Shown: one piece after another, positions 40,801-49,684 of the stretch
Numbering within the stretch: the stretch's first letter is position 1
Layout: each line of letters opens with the position of its first letter
IMG/VR virus record: IMGVR_UViG_3300028844_006632
Origin: an uncultured virus (IMG/VR IMGVR_UViG_3300028844_006632)
Lineage: Duplodnaviria > Heunggongvirae > Uroviricota > Caudoviricetes
Strand: one strand, 5' to 3'
Length of the DNA: 64,000 nucleotides
Notes under the pieces: generated by a model
Databases searched by the model: none
What the model saw: only the letters and a program-made list of their open reading frames with translations
Told to the model about the DNA's origin: nothing
Made by a program: the position numbers and the translations under genes

Positions 40801-43800
40801 ACTCAACATTCAGTGCAGGAAGTTCTAATTCACATTCAAGGTAATATAAATCATCTTCTTCTACCAATGTAGATGAAACAACTTGTATTAAAACATTTGA
40901 TACCTGTTTGGTCGATGCAGTAACATTCTTAACTTCTGCGTATTTTCCTTCGTGAAAACTTGTTTGTAATAATCTTTGTGTGACTCGTTGTGATTCACGA
41001 GATACATTCATTGAAAATGTAATTTGTCCTGTTTTATATGAAACAGGTTCACTTCTATACAGATACTGCAATGTTATTTCACATTGCTTTGATGTATCCC
41101 ACTCGTTGTATGTAGGAGTTGGGGTTGGGGTAAATGTTGGTGTGGGTGTGGGTGGAATTTTTATACCAACTTGCACAGGAACAGGACGATTAAACTTAGT
41201 TCCATCTGCCATTTGATAAGAATTATTATTACCACTGGCAAATACAAGTTCATCTTTAATTACATAATAAGTCGTATCGGTACCTGCAAAGATTTTGTTG
41301 ATATTATCAAGTGATGCCCGTGAGAATATATTTCTTGATTCAAATGAACCTATACCAAGTTGTCCACTTTTATTTTTACCAGCAACCATGATATTTCCTT
41401 TTGAATCCAACAACAACGAGTGTTGTGAACCAACTGCAATATCACGAGTTTTTGGTTTATTCATTGCTTTGAATTTGTTTACACCAGGAGATGTAACTAA
41501 TCCAATTTGGCCAAAGGTATTATCACCTGTTGTGTGTATTTCACCCTCAGTATCTAGTATAACTGAGTGAAATGTACCAGGAGCAACTTTATTTACTTTT
41601 ATATCTGTTACTTTTTTGGGTAATGTTACATCGTCATTAGAACCCTCACCAAGTTGACCTTTATCGTTCTTACCAAATCCCCATAAATCATCTTCTTCGG
41701 TAATTAAAAATGTATGAAAATCTCCACTTCTTACTTTTCTTATTTTAGGTAATTCAAAATTATCAATAGACTGAGTATTTGAATCAACATTCTTCATTAT
41801 TACATTAACTTCTGTTGCATTTAATGGTCTATTGAATAATCTAAAGTCATCCATCTTTCCATTTAGTCCATATGCCTTGTTATGTTCAAGTATTCCCAAA
41901 CATAATTTATAACGAGTGTCTTTGGTAAATTCGTGTACCACATTTGCATTGCTAACAGGTACTTGTTCTCCGTTTACAAATGCAGTAAGTTTTCCTTTAT
42001 CCAACGAATATGTAAAGTGCGTCCATTTATTTAATGGCATATCGTATGTATCGTTTCCTCTGCCGAGTAAATTTGATACACGATTATTTTTTGCTGATAC
42101 AAACGCACCACTCGCATAAATAATAAATGAATTTTGTGACCAAGGTCGTGTACTTGAATTCCACTTTGAAACAAACATTCCTGTTCGTTTACTATTTTCG
42201 GTTGCTTTTGTGCTTCGTAAATAACTCCAAAATGATACACTAAAAGTTCCTGTGGTAAATACATCATCAAAGATGTCCCCCATATCAAAATATTTTTCAC
42301 GATTATCAAAATCAAAAACATTTCCTCGTTCTGAATCTACTTTTATCGCATCACTTCGTATTGGTGTATACGATAAATTTACAGAGTTAAATATTTCTTT
42401 GGAAGATGCAGACGATGACTTAATTAAATATGGACGACTTCCTTTCCACGATTTTATATAAAAGTTATATTGTGCGAATGGATCTCTGCCATTGTATCTA
42501 TGAATAAGTTCATTTGAACGTTTATTTGTTTGAAGATAATATGCACGATACGAAGCATAATAAACTTCCGTTGAACCACGTGGACTCAGTTTAGATGGAT
42601 CTCTTACCAATATACCATATGTTTCAATACTTGGATTTGCATCTATAACTGCTTTGAAATCTTCAGGTTTAGCAATTATATCTTCAAGATAAACAATTTC
42701 AACTTTTCCAGTTTCTCCTTTTTGAATATTATCTTTTAAAGCATTTGCAGTTGATCTTGAATTCACCATATAACTTTTTTCAGATGGACGCATTACCAAT
42801 TCAGATGTATCTGCTTTTGTTTCGGACGCATCATAACGAGCAATCATACTTGGTACTGTAAATCCTGTTTTAAGTTCTGTTGGTTGGATTTCGTTTTTGA
42901 ATGTTCCTGTTCCAAGTTCTCCTCCTTGGTTATATCCAAATCCGTAGATTTTTCCGTCAGTTTTTACATAAAACGAAGATGAACCAAGACACGATACACT
43001 AATAACATTATCTGCTATTTTAGTTGGAATGTTTTTATTTGAAGTTGTTCCGTCACCGAGTTGTCCAAAGTTATTTTTACCACACGCAAACAAATTACCA
43101 ATTTTATCAAGAAACAATGAGTGTCCTGATCCCGTTGCAACTTCCATTATATTTTTTACTTTTGCAGTTCGTACATCATCAACCGTAAGATTGTCACCTG
43201 TTCCAAGATTACCAAATGCATTGTCTCCTGTTACTTCTACTTCTCCTGATTCACGTAGTATCAAAGCATAATTTGGTCCTGCAGCCACTTGTACGACCGA
43301 TGTATCAGGAATAGTCGGAGTAGGAGTAGGTGTTTTCGTAGGAGTCGGTGTGGGTGTTTGTGTTGGTGTTGGTGTTGGATCTGGTGCTGAGTTGGGTCCG
43401 TTTCCTCTTTGATTTGCATCGGCATCTGTTACCCATTTTCCTGATGTAATATCTCTTGATAAATTATATAACTCAAGTGAACGTTTTGAAGCAAAGTTTT
43501 TTGGTACTTCATATAAAGCAAGTTTCCAACGTTCATCGTTATCATCCCATCTTATTAAATAACGATCATTACAACCAACGTAAGTAGGATGATTAAAAAT
43601 AAAAGTACCATCGTTAACTCTGAAAGTATCATTGTGTCCTGCATAGTTACCCTCTAAATCTGTAATATTAAATGCTAAAACACGATGCGATGAAAATCCA
43701 TTTTGATTATTTTCCGTCCAAATACACGCATGAGGAGTTTGTGTATCTCCGTATAATGGTGGATTCGTGGAATCTAAATAAGAATTACTTGCAGTTGAAG

Positions 43801-44449
43801 TAAGTGTCCATTTGAGTTTTTCATTGTTATACCAAATTTTCCAAGTATTGTTTTTATTGGTATAGGTTGGATGTGAATTTTTAAAGTAGGTTGTTAAAGT
43901 GTACTCTCCATTTGCTAACTTATAGTATCCTGATAATCCATGTATAGAAAATTTTTCACGATATGTTGGTTTCAAACGACCTCTATCTTCTGTGATAATA
44001 GATGGTAATAATCCATCCGTTCCAATCTCATCATCCGAATCGTTGTGCAATCTATAATCCGAATTCTTTGAGAACAAAACTCCTGCTGAACCAAATTTTA
44101 TATCCGCATTTAAAAATGTAAAAATTGTGAATAAGTTAACATTTTCTTTTGCTTTATTTTCACGTATAACGATAATTGAATTAATTTTATCTTTGTTTTC
44201 TGTAACTGAAATTGCAGGTTCGTTTCGTTCAGGAATATTTCCTGTTTCCAAGAATTTACCAATCTTTCGGCAGTTCTCTGTATCTTCATCGGATGTATAA
44301 CATGAATACCCATTCCATACCATCGTTGTTTTACTAGGAATTATAGAAATCTCAGAGCAAATATTTAATTGACTAGACATTCCCTGTAGATTCTGTTCAG
44401 GAACTGATTGGTTATCATTATCGTTGCTACCTTCGTGTGAACTATCCAT
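34871..44449 (-). CDS. Giant (3192 aa) putative tail-fibre or adhesin-like protein: RCC1 repeats, three LamG-like domains, an FG-GAP propeller, PT linkers and five copies of an unrecognised domain
   Basis: G-x-N-x-FGQLG-x-G repeats; LNGKMDDFRLFNRPL and FIGFMQDIRIT; FG-x-SV-x-I-x-GD...VGA repeats; five YLEDLI...YLQ...GKHPF...YIKSW-x-G copies. Confidence 0.85.
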   Translation of the reverse strand: MDSSHEGSNDNDNQSVPEQNLQGMSSQLNICSEISIIPSKTTMVWNGYSCYTSDEDTENCRKIGKFLETGNIPERNEPAISVTENKDKINSIIVIRENKAKENVNLFTIFTFLNADIKFGSAGVLFSKNSDYRLHNDSDDEIGTDGLLPSIITEDRGRLKPTYREKFSIHGLSGYYKLANGEYTLTTYFKNSHPTYTNKNNTWKIWYNNEKLKWTLTSTASNSYLDSTNPPLYGDTQTPHACIWTENNQNGFSSHRVLAFNITDLEGNYAGHNDTFRVNDGTFIFNHPTYVGCNDRYLIRWDDNDERWKLALYEVPKNFASKRSLELYNLSRDITSGKWVTDADANQRGNGPNSAPDPTPTPTQTPTPTPTKTPTPTPTIPDTSVVQVAAGPNYALILRESGEVEVTGDNAFGNLGTGDNLTVDDVRTAKVKNIMEVATGSGHSLFLDKIGNLFACGKNNFGQLGDGTTSNKNIPTKIADNVISVSCLGSSSFYVKTDGKIYGFGYNQGGELGTGTFKNEIQPTELKTGFTVPSMIARYDASETKADTSELVMRPSEKSYMVNSRSTANALKDNIQKGETGKVEIVYLEDIIAKPEDFKAVIDANPSIETYGILVRDPSKLSPRGSTEVYYASYRAYYLQTNKRSNELIHRYNGRDPFAQYNFYIKSWKGSRPYLIKSSSASSKEIFNSVNLSYTPIRSDAIKVDSERGNVFDFDNREKYFDMGDIFDDVFTTGTFSVSFWSYLRSTKATENSKRTGMFVSKWNSSTRPWSQNSFIIYASGAFVSAKNNRVSNLLGRGNDTYDMPLNKWTHFTYSLDKGKLTAFVNGEQVPVSNANVVHEFTKDTRYKLCLGILEHNKAYGLNGKMDDFRLFNRPLNATEVNVIMKNVDSNTQSIDNFELPKIRKVRSGDFHTFLITEEDDLWGFGKNDKGQLGEGSNDDVTLPKKVTDIKVNKVAPGTFHSVILDTEGEIHTTGDNTFGQIGLVTSPGVNKFKAMNKPKTRDIAVGSQHSLLLDSKGNIMVAGKNKSGQLGIGSFESRNIFSRASLDNINKIFAGTDTTYYVIKDELVFASGNNNSYQMADGTKFNRPVPVQVGIKIPPTPTPTFTPTPTPTYNEWDTSKQCEITLQYLYRSEPVSYKTGQITFSMNVSRESQRVTQRLLQTSFHEGKYAEVKNVTASTKQVSNVLIQVVSSTLVEEDDLYYLECELELPALNVECEFKGDFDVRGTPEIVQKIVPSDAPRDNAKFGDAVAMYEDHAVVGTPNLSTTLGSKLVNTYTGGAYFLRYKLAKEMVYEVTEQSYDVLSIGASKFKDTIRADYPNEIEFVYLEDLINDNGIIDNISPALMNNVSFLIREPQKLSTIGGTANEYFYDQRSNLKRPYYLQFGKKGLTHTYTGKHPFSKYNLYIKSWYGAKKYIIKNIIETTKPLEGGEVITPEDTLLHIQSNNTNGSSSFKDISVHSRTVTNVGQLKHVSSQKNLGATSSIGFDGTSYLTLPDSELYNLGADDFTIEGWFNYTSLQTRNYNHTTTLINHHTTGGDHLTSFSISIQKNRSITAYLFHSKGKKTALTTGVNTISPNTWFHYAFVRTNGKLYLYLNGKQKDVQTIGNISANNCPYKIKIGRILVRDRDDRYYPKSFIGFMQDIRITRKALYKSDFDVQTKLHNPFSFKLSDGWNHIQQITNPDKHNSAYFGGSVDINGDTAVIGAFNGNQTIGRVTKSQAGVVYVYKYTNRWDLFQTLVTDEVTNSANFGQSVSIDGDIIVVGAYTHTSAHTGACWVFKRKDKDSKFEQIQRLEPTSTSKNQNYFGRSVCISGKDLVIGAWGDPTVATKSGAVYFYRLAADGKFDLLTKDYHPGKQTNAYFGFSVSVHKNTALVGCHGEASHGTNSGAVYIYKRFGTEWRHFDTIYPNQERNANTQFGYQVKVYNNRLLVSAYRDDNEKDDGGSVYMYTLAGEKLDQIRRLFPDRLDANDLFGSSIDMSEDFALVGAYGDDDKGDNVGAVYSVKIPKTIANIEKEPTPTPTPSPTPTPTPTPTLDDNECMITLYYEIYLKDGEQSARLVAENHFVKKINKSDKIQSFTEKLITLDKPKLIEGDPNLHFIRNFKASPGEVLREEVKRNGVDISFHSKVIEDPECQSKNKDCEITYTYVIPPILSNCQIGDLPPTPTPTVKAMEVKQDISLLKMENIDFTQTGLYNQRKRIATITGDFDKAINPEKNDYLKLNANTNYYDFVYDKNIKTSNYPQLYEPGGRGGFVYQFVIALKQPINIPKGSKININFVPDGMSFGSAGGSRNTSTNRVSMQYSTKSSLNSIRKRTHTWRNCVCCPFYAFQMDGNLGSEVTTQDFNNVRFLLFEGLLGGCNGKPTLRTRIQSCSITTKKQPEPVISASEIENAKSEYTLTEGTYDPLSTGTSTFISALATDDKLSKITPVYLEDLIEDEAVIQSLGAAYFNNAGILIREPKKLAKDLGGHNNTYYYDTSINRPFYLQLNTNGYKHTYNGKHPFQKYNLYVKSWPGKRKYLITKTSDSLANVPDISVQYSSTAPAVYSPEGFKNSKPYWRGTFKSDNAFIWYENDKWNWNTAFSGKERELCSGNKPQGEYPWEVSPFVHNPTPAGWKNEGITVIVNESAPKNVNIQDENLVIRWHANSMSLPNTAVSGNKYVGLVHNTKNVFFDKSPHVKNIKVSKSGEREKYIRGVELQQNISPTEGGPPYLYVDTKIDPKVNDFSVSFFYKPLEENLVKNFDTTNIMKNAQGVFAFNQKQSDFFRMFTLKNTQDKQGSLLRYFDYPVASSGTSLYIDGGAYKKPQQLVSRLDVNSTYFVVLKYKKPTEQSSVEVVQEGTDYVQTKSNYDLTKITTSTFLDTIKKDYDGAKSTEFVYIEDLIENPTIIEKLTPTGLNNIGILVKNPRKLSTIGGTATEFMYNQSSRLKRPYYLQIGTGGLIHTYGGKNPFKSHNLYIKSWYGARKYLVKQSTQILKNSYARTPKTYNFGVNPSMVEKTALGDNTSKGYNSKMLTLEHLIANKHLIKELGVDFFDYIGIKIELPSKLSSYNTRYNNYAYGTRIWYLQKTRKGAIWTYNGKHPFAEFDLYIKSWRGSRSIVVLKEPTEIQKTDTGEFSIQLHELTGNNVVKIENKIDNHDFHIDWTRVSNLSVGGGSNCVIADFRVYNKLIDDLDVNKIIDMKNSDFNSSGPTFP

Positions 44450-44453
44450 GTAA

Positions 44454-46277
44454 TTACCCTAATGGTGCTATTTCAGTAACTGCATTTATATTAGCACTTG
44501 ATCCGATTCCTAAATTTCCATTTAAATTAAATCCAGAAGCATATACTTTTTCATCAATAACTATAAATGAACTATCACCTTCTGCTTTAATATATTTTAC
44601 ATTTTCTAAAATTTGTTCTCCGTTTCGTACACAGGTAGTAAATCCACGATTAGAATGCAGTAAATCTTCACGATTTCGTTTAGCAAATCCAACTTCAGTT
44701 GCACATTGACCATACTCATTGTTTCCTGCACTCATTAGTTTTCCACTTTGCATTAAAACTAAACAATGATTATTTCCCACAGAAACATCTTTTACATCAG
44801 TTGCAATTTGAGTGAATCCTTGAATGATATCCGCAGTGTTTTCTAATCCACACTGACCAAATGAGTTCTCACCTGTTGACCACAATGAATCGTCTTCAAG
44901 AAGAACCATTGTAAAATTACTTCCACATTCTACTTTTTTCACCACAAGGTCATTGAAAGCAGTTACCAAATACGGAGCATCTGAAATACTTCCAGTCTCA
45001 CTTGTTGCACCTATTTGGTATTTTTCTGAATTACCCACTCCGTGTAGTTTTCCTTGACGAACATACATTGCGTGTTGGTCACCTACATCAAATAAAATCT
45101 CGTTATCAACAGAATCCGATAACACAAGTGTTTGTGATAATCCCATATCTGCATCTATATTAAAATGATCCAATGCAAGTTGTCCGTGTGTATTTGAACC
45201 ACATGAAAATAAAACTTGTCTACGTATATTATCAATTGTTACAATCTTCAACAGATATGTAAAATTCTTTGAAGTTTTAACTTCGGTGATTACATCAGTT
45301 TCTGCTTCGTTTTGTATTTTTGTAAATGTTGAAATCTCACCAAAGTTGCTTTTATACGAATATCCATTTACATTATCAACTTTAGAATTAGAAACATTTA
45401 AATCGATTGCAGATGCTCCATTATCATTATTACCACTTACAAAAACACTTCCGTTCATTTTGTGTATAAAAGAACGATTATCACTCACAACAACATCAAC
45501 CACATCCGATGCGATTTTTCTAGGAATATTTACACTATCACCAAGTTCGTTGCCAAGTTGATTTAATTGATTTCTTCCACACGCATATACATTATCGTTT
45601 GTATCAAGAAATAAAGTATGAGTTCTACACGATGCTATTTTTCTGATATCTGCTTTATAGTCTTGTGGTGGTATATTCACAAGAACCTTTTCCGAAACTA
45701 CATTCGGTCCATATGCAGTCTGAGATTTATCCTCGTTTTCAAAAACACCTTCACTTGGATCTTCTTTATCTGTTTTTAATTGATATGTGTAAGTTTCAAG
45801 TGATGGATGAAAATTCAAAGCATTTGTTAAATTCCATTTGCTATCCACAGAGTCAAACCAAATTGTCCATTTATCATTGTTTAAATAAACAGGTTTGTTG
45901 TTTCTAAAAAATGTGGACATTACATATAATCCATTGCCTTTTGTTTGCTTACCTTTCAATCCTTCGATACTAAATCTTTCTATATACAATGAATTTAATC
46001 GTCCTGCATCTAATTCTGCATTGGTATTTATTCCATAATTTACTGCTTCATATGAACGAGCATGATTTGTTAAATATCCACATCCACACGCAAAACTTGC
46101 TATCGGAGAAAACGGAGCAGGAAAACCTTGTGTTAGTGAATTCTCAAAATTCTCACTTGGTTTTACAGAATACGAATTGGTATATTCAATTTGAGGGTCA
46201 TCTGCAAGGGTTTCTCTGCACAAATCACTTGTTGGAGAAATCCACATTGCAAATAAATTTTCATATAATTTGGCCAT
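44454..46277 (-). CDS. RCC1-repeat protein with a divergent shared N-terminal module
   Basis: AMWISP...FACGCGY...LDAGRL...IERFSI, followed by GENSFGQCG and GNNEYGQC RCC1 repeats. Confidence 0.8.
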   Translation of the reverse strand: MAKLYENLFAMWISPTSDLCRETLADDPQIEYTNSYSVKPSENFENSLTQGFPAPFSPIASFACGCGYLTNHARSYEAVNYGINTNAELDAGRLNSLYIERFSIEGLKGKQTKGNGLYVMSTFFRNNKPVYLNNDKWTIWFDSVDSKWNLTNALNFHPSLETYTYQLKTDKEDPSEGVFENEDKSQTAYGPNVVSEKVLVNIPPQDYKADIRKIASCRTHTLFLDTNDNVYACGRNQLNQLGNELGDSVNIPRKIASDVVDVVVSDNRSFIHKMNGSVFVSGNNDNGASAIDLNVSNSKVDNVNGYSYKSNFGEISTFTKIQNEAETDVITEVKTSKNFTYLLKIVTIDNIRRQVLFSCGSNTHGQLALDHFNIDADMGLSQTLVLSDSVDNEILFDVGDQHAMYVRQGKLHGVGNSEKYQIGATSETGSISDAPYLVTAFNDLVVKKVECGSNFTMVLLEDDSLWSTGENSFGQCGLENTADIIQGFTQIATDVKDVSVGNNHCLVLMQSGKLMSAGNNEYGQCATEVGFAKRNREDLLHSNRGFTTCVRNGEQILENVKYIKAEGDSSFIVIDEKVYASGFNLNGNLGIGSSANINAVTEIAPLG

Positions 46278-46332
46278 ATTTTTATAAATATAAGTTTTTT
46301 AAGTATTTAATTGATTCATAATTTATATAACC

Positions 46333-46734
46333 TTAGTTTTTTATCTTTTTTATACTACGAATGAATTTGTATATGCATTCGTTGAAAATAAATCTATTAC
46401 GTGCTTCACTTGAACTTCTTCTTTTTACTCCATATGCACCTAAATTATATAAACCTACTGAGTATTTTGTTGGATCATACATATTCTCTTCCGCAATTTC
46501 TATTATACGACAATAACTTATATATGATTCTTTTTGAAAATACGCATTATACATATCCTGAAATTGAGCCAGATCTCGTGTAATTCCATCTATATCATCA
46601 TTTTCTATATCCTCTAAATCCTGTGAAACAATTAAATAGTTTCCAGTTTCCATGTAGATTATTATATCTTCAAGTATATCACTTACGGTGTTCCACTTTA
46701 TATAAACTTTTCCGTTTAATTTCATAGTCACCAC
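46333..46734 (-). CDS. Hypothetical protein (start may be ATG at 46725)
   Basis: 133-aa ORF in the gene tiling. Confidence 0.55.
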   Translation of the reverse strand: MVTMKLNGKVYIKWNTVSDILEDIIIYMETGNYLIVSQDLEDIENDDIDGITRDLAQFQDMYNAYFQKESYISYCRIIEIAEENMYDPTKYSVGLYNLGAYGVKRRSSSEARNRFIFNECIYKFIRSIKKIKN

Positions 46735-47285
46735 ACATTTTTAATCGTACTTCCTGTTCCAACCCATGCTTTGAGTTTTATTTTGTCCCACTTGGTTGGT
46801 TCTTCACCATTGTTTCCCAAACTTAAAATTGACATTGTGCGATGCCACCCTTCAAGTAACCGATATTCACTTCCTTTATTTAAAACAATAATTGGTTCAT
46901 TTGTTCCAGGCTTTAGTTTCTTAGCAAGATTCCTTTGAAATGCAATTCGTTTTTCATCGTTTGGTATTTTACCAGGATTCGCATCACCGAATTTTCTGCG
47001 AATCATATTTTTGAGATTATTTTTTGTAAAATCCGAGGGATTTACTTCAAGAACTTTTAATTTCCATTTAATCTCAACCCAATCGTTAAATTGCTCTGCG
47101 ACATCATCTTCGTCTGCATTTGGATTTTGTTTTAAAGTTTTATTTAGTTCTTTTTGAAAAAAACCCTTATCGGACATTACAAAATCATCAAATACATATT
47201 CCGGCATTTCGTGAAATACATTAAAAAGAATTTCATATGATTTATTGAAAGAAATTTCACTTAGAATCTTCTTAAGTAGAATCAT
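46728..47285 (-). CDS. ParB/sulfiredoxin-like nuclease-fold protein with an LKKILSE leader
   Basis: EPIIVL...YRLLEGWHRT resembles the ParB-N GxxR motif. Start reassigned to ATG at 47285, just after the NUDIX stop. Confidence 0.6.
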   Translation of the reverse strand: MILLKKILSEISFNKSYEILFNVFHEMPEYVFDDFVMSDKGFFQKELNKTLKQNPNADEDDVAEQFNDWVEIKWKLKVLEVNPSDFTKNNLKNMIRRKFGDANPGKIPNDEKRIAFQRNLAKKLKPGTNEPIIVLNKGSEYRLLEGWHRTMSILSLGNNGEEPTKWDKIKLKAWVGTGSTIKNVW

Positions 47286-47286
47286 A

Positions 47287-47730
47287 TTACTCTCCAAGTG
47301 CTAATAATACATCGTTACGCATTTCATCGGTAATAGGAGTTGGAATTTCATCTTTAGAGAAATATCCCCAATCTGAATGTTCTTCATCTATGATTGGTTC
47401 AAGTTCTTCTTCAATTTCACAAACATAATCATAAAATACACCACCTCCGTGTGCAGGAAATGCCGATAAAAATTTTACATTTTTTGGTTCTAAATTAATT
47501 TTAGTTTCTTCCCAGGTTTCTCGGATTGCACAATCTTTTATGCACTCATTTGGTTCAACATATCCCGCAGGTACACTCCAATATTCAGGTAATGCGGTAT
47601 TTGGTATATCTTCTCTACGTTTACACAAAAGCACTTTATTTTTACATTTTATCATAACCCCACTAAACGCAGGATTCTTATTTTCGGTTCTGTTGTCTTC
47701 TGCTATTTGCATGATATTATTCCTTTCCAT
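47287..47730 (-). CDS. NUDIX hydrolase (start may be ATG at 47712)
   Basis: Nudix box GYVEPNECIKDCAIRETWEETKI; EEHSDWGYF. Confidence 0.88.
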   Translation of the reverse strand: MERNNIMQIAEDNRTENKNPAFSGVMIKCKNKVLLCKRREDIPNTALPEYWSVPAGYVEPNECIKDCAIRETWEETKINLEPKNVKFLSAFPAHGGGVFYDYVCEIEEELEPIIDEEHSDWGYFSKDEIPTPITDEMRNDVLLALGE

Positions 47731-48004
47731 GAAAATCTTTTTTGTCTATGATGTAATCATCGTCACCACCTTCGGTTCTAAATTTAAGATTTTTATCTGC
47801 ATCTGCATAGTAAAAATGCTTATAGAATAAACGATAATCTCCACTTACAAGCATTTTCTCAACATCATCTTCATATTCCATTAAAGAATACCCTGTGTTT
47901 TTCTCGCAGTTATCTGCTTTAAATTGCTTTGCTTTGGTGTAATACTCGGGACGAATGAAACCACTGCTTCCTCTTCGTTTACCTGTACTAGGTGAAATGT
48001 TCAT
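47717..48004 (-). CDS. Hypothetical protein
   Basis: 95 aa; TATTTATT motif 3 nt upstream. Confidence 0.6.
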   Translation of the reverse strand: MNISPSTGKRRGSSGFIRPEYYTKAKQFKADNCEKNTGYSLMEYEDDVEKMLVSGDYRLFYKHFYYADADKNLKFRTEGGDDDYIIDKKDFHGKE

Positions 48005-48019
48005 AACAATAAATATATA

Positions 48020-48544
48020 CTAAATATTTTTATTGTCATTGTATCTTATAATTGATTCTTTTACTATCTCTACTGCTTTATCACGGGGTAACCAATCACC
48101 AGTTTTTACTATCTTATTCTCAAGGTCTTTATAGTGTTGAAAGAAATTCTTTGTCATTTCTAAAAATGATTCATTGATATTATGTATATCTACGATATTC
48201 TTTTTATATGAAGTTGTTGGTCTTCCGATTAGTTTCCAATCCATTTCTCCACCATCTTCCATTTCAAGCACACCAATAATTTGACATCTTACTACAGTTG
48301 CAGTTTGAATTGGTGTCCAATTATATGTAATAATATCTAAAGGATCTCCATCTTCTCCTAATGTAGATGGAATAAATCCATAATTAGCAGGATACCGCAT
48401 TGCAGACTTTAATATTCTATCTAATCTAAATGCTTGTATTTCAGAATCATACTCGTATTTCTGATGAGTATCACGTGGTATTTCTATTACGCAGTTTACT
48501 ATTTCCGGTGCGTCTTTTCCTATTGGTATTTTCTTGTAATCCAT
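48020..48544 (-). CDS. ppa: Inorganic pyrophosphatase (family I)
   Basis: VIEIP...KYEYD, LDR, YPANYGFIPST, DGDPLDI, FFQHYKDLE. Confidence 0.93.
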   Translation of the reverse strand: MDYKKIPIGKDAPEIVNCVIEIPRDTHQKYEYDSEIQAFRLDRILKSAMRYPANYGFIPSTLGEDGDPLDIITYNWTPIQTATVVRCQIIGVLEMEDGGEMDWKLIGRPTTSYKKNIVDIHNINESFLEMTKNFFQHYKDLENKIVKTGDWLPRDKAVEIVKESIIRYNDNKNI

Positions 48545-48594
48545 AACTCCTCTTTATACATAAGTATAAATACTCATTGGAAATTATGAAATTT

Positions 48595-49110
48595 TTATAA
48601 TTGTTTTTGAAAAAAATCTTCTACAAATTTTTCAATGGCATCGAGTGCATCATCAATCTCCCATTCGGGTCCATCGTATCCGTTTTCGGGCAAATAATTT
48701 TTATCACCAATACCTAAACATTCAACTTTATTCAGATACTCAGAATGCTTTTTTTGCATCCAAGGCATATGCTCGTCTTTGTTCATTAAAATAACTTTGG
48801 TGCTACTTGCACAATCATAGTTATCAAGCATTTGATTTGTTGCTCCAATCAAACAAAAAGGAATATTTCTTTCTTGCATTCTACGATAAGTAGGAGTTGC
48901 TAAACGAATTGGAAATGTAAATGATTCTCCGTGTTCGTATGCTTCGGTGGGTTGTACTCGCAATCCACGACTAAATGCACGAATAGAATTTACATTGTTT
49001 TGAATACACAGATAATTAAAGCAAGCCTCAGCATACTTGCTCCTATACAGATTTCCTGTACAAACAAAGCAGAATTGTTTTATCGGTACTCTTTTTTGAG
49101 GAGTTTCCAT
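48595..49110 (-). CDS. Low-molecular-weight protein-tyrosine-phosphatase-like protein
   Basis: P-loop FVCTGNLYRSKYAE (CX5R), SRG, VILM. Confidence 0.8.
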   Translation of the reverse strand: METPQKRVPIKQFCFVCTGNLYRSKYAEACFNYLCIQNNVNSIRAFSRGLRVQPTEAYEHGESFTFPIRLATPTYRRMQERNIPFCLIGATNQMLDNYDCASSTKVILMNKDEHMPWMQKKHSEYLNKVECLGIGDKNYLPENGYDGPEWEIDDALDAIEKFVEDFFQKQL

Positions 49111-49631
49111 CTACCACTATCTAAACGAACTTCACCACTATCAATTTTCTTGATCATGTCCACAACTTCTTCAATACTATCGTAAATGTATTTATGTGGA
49201 AACATCGCAAGCATCCATAGTGGAGTTTTAACTTTACCACCTTCAATAGCAACGAATACAGGTTTTTGCTCACGAACCGCAGTAACGATTTCTTCAGCAG
49301 AACCCCAACTAGCAATTTCAGGTTGTAAATTCGCAATAATAAAATCACTTCTGTCAACGAGGTTAAGATCATAATTACGAACTTTCTTCATTCTTCTAGT
49401 AAGATCATCGTATTTTCCGTCTTCCATCATTTGAAGCATTTCTACTCTTGCAGGTTCATCTTCGTCTACATCCTCAACGAATGGTTTGTGGTAAGGATCG
49501 AAAACAGTAACTCCAAGTGGATTTAACTCATCCGTAACATACCCTCTCCAATTTCTACCACTTTTGTATTGCATATGACCAACTAAATAGGTTTTGGTTT
49601 TATACAAATGGTTTTTGTTTTGTGTACTCAT
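49080..49631 (-). CDS. Nucleoside 2-deoxyribosyltransferase / N-glycosidase-like protein
   Basis: KTYLVGHMQY, VFDPY, YDLNLVDRSDFIIA, SWGSAEE (putative catalytic E), KPVF. Confidence 0.75.
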   Translation of the reverse strand: MSTQNKNHLYKTKTYLVGHMQYKSGRNWRGYVTDELNPLGVTVFDPYHKPFVEDVDEDEPARVEMLQMMEDGKYDDLTRRMKKVRNYDLNLVDRSDFIIANLQPEIASWGSAEEIVTAVREQKPVFVAIEGGKVKTPLWMLAMFPHKYIYDSIEEVVDMIKKIDSGEVRLDSGRWKLLKKEYR

Positions 49632-49684
49632 ATTATTATATAAATATTATATTATATAATTATTATAATCAAGTCAAGGACTTT

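Noticed and set aside
34871..44449. Diversity-generating retroelement target or template repeats
   Set aside because: No reverse transcriptase is present, and the repeated domains differ at all base types rather than only at adenines.
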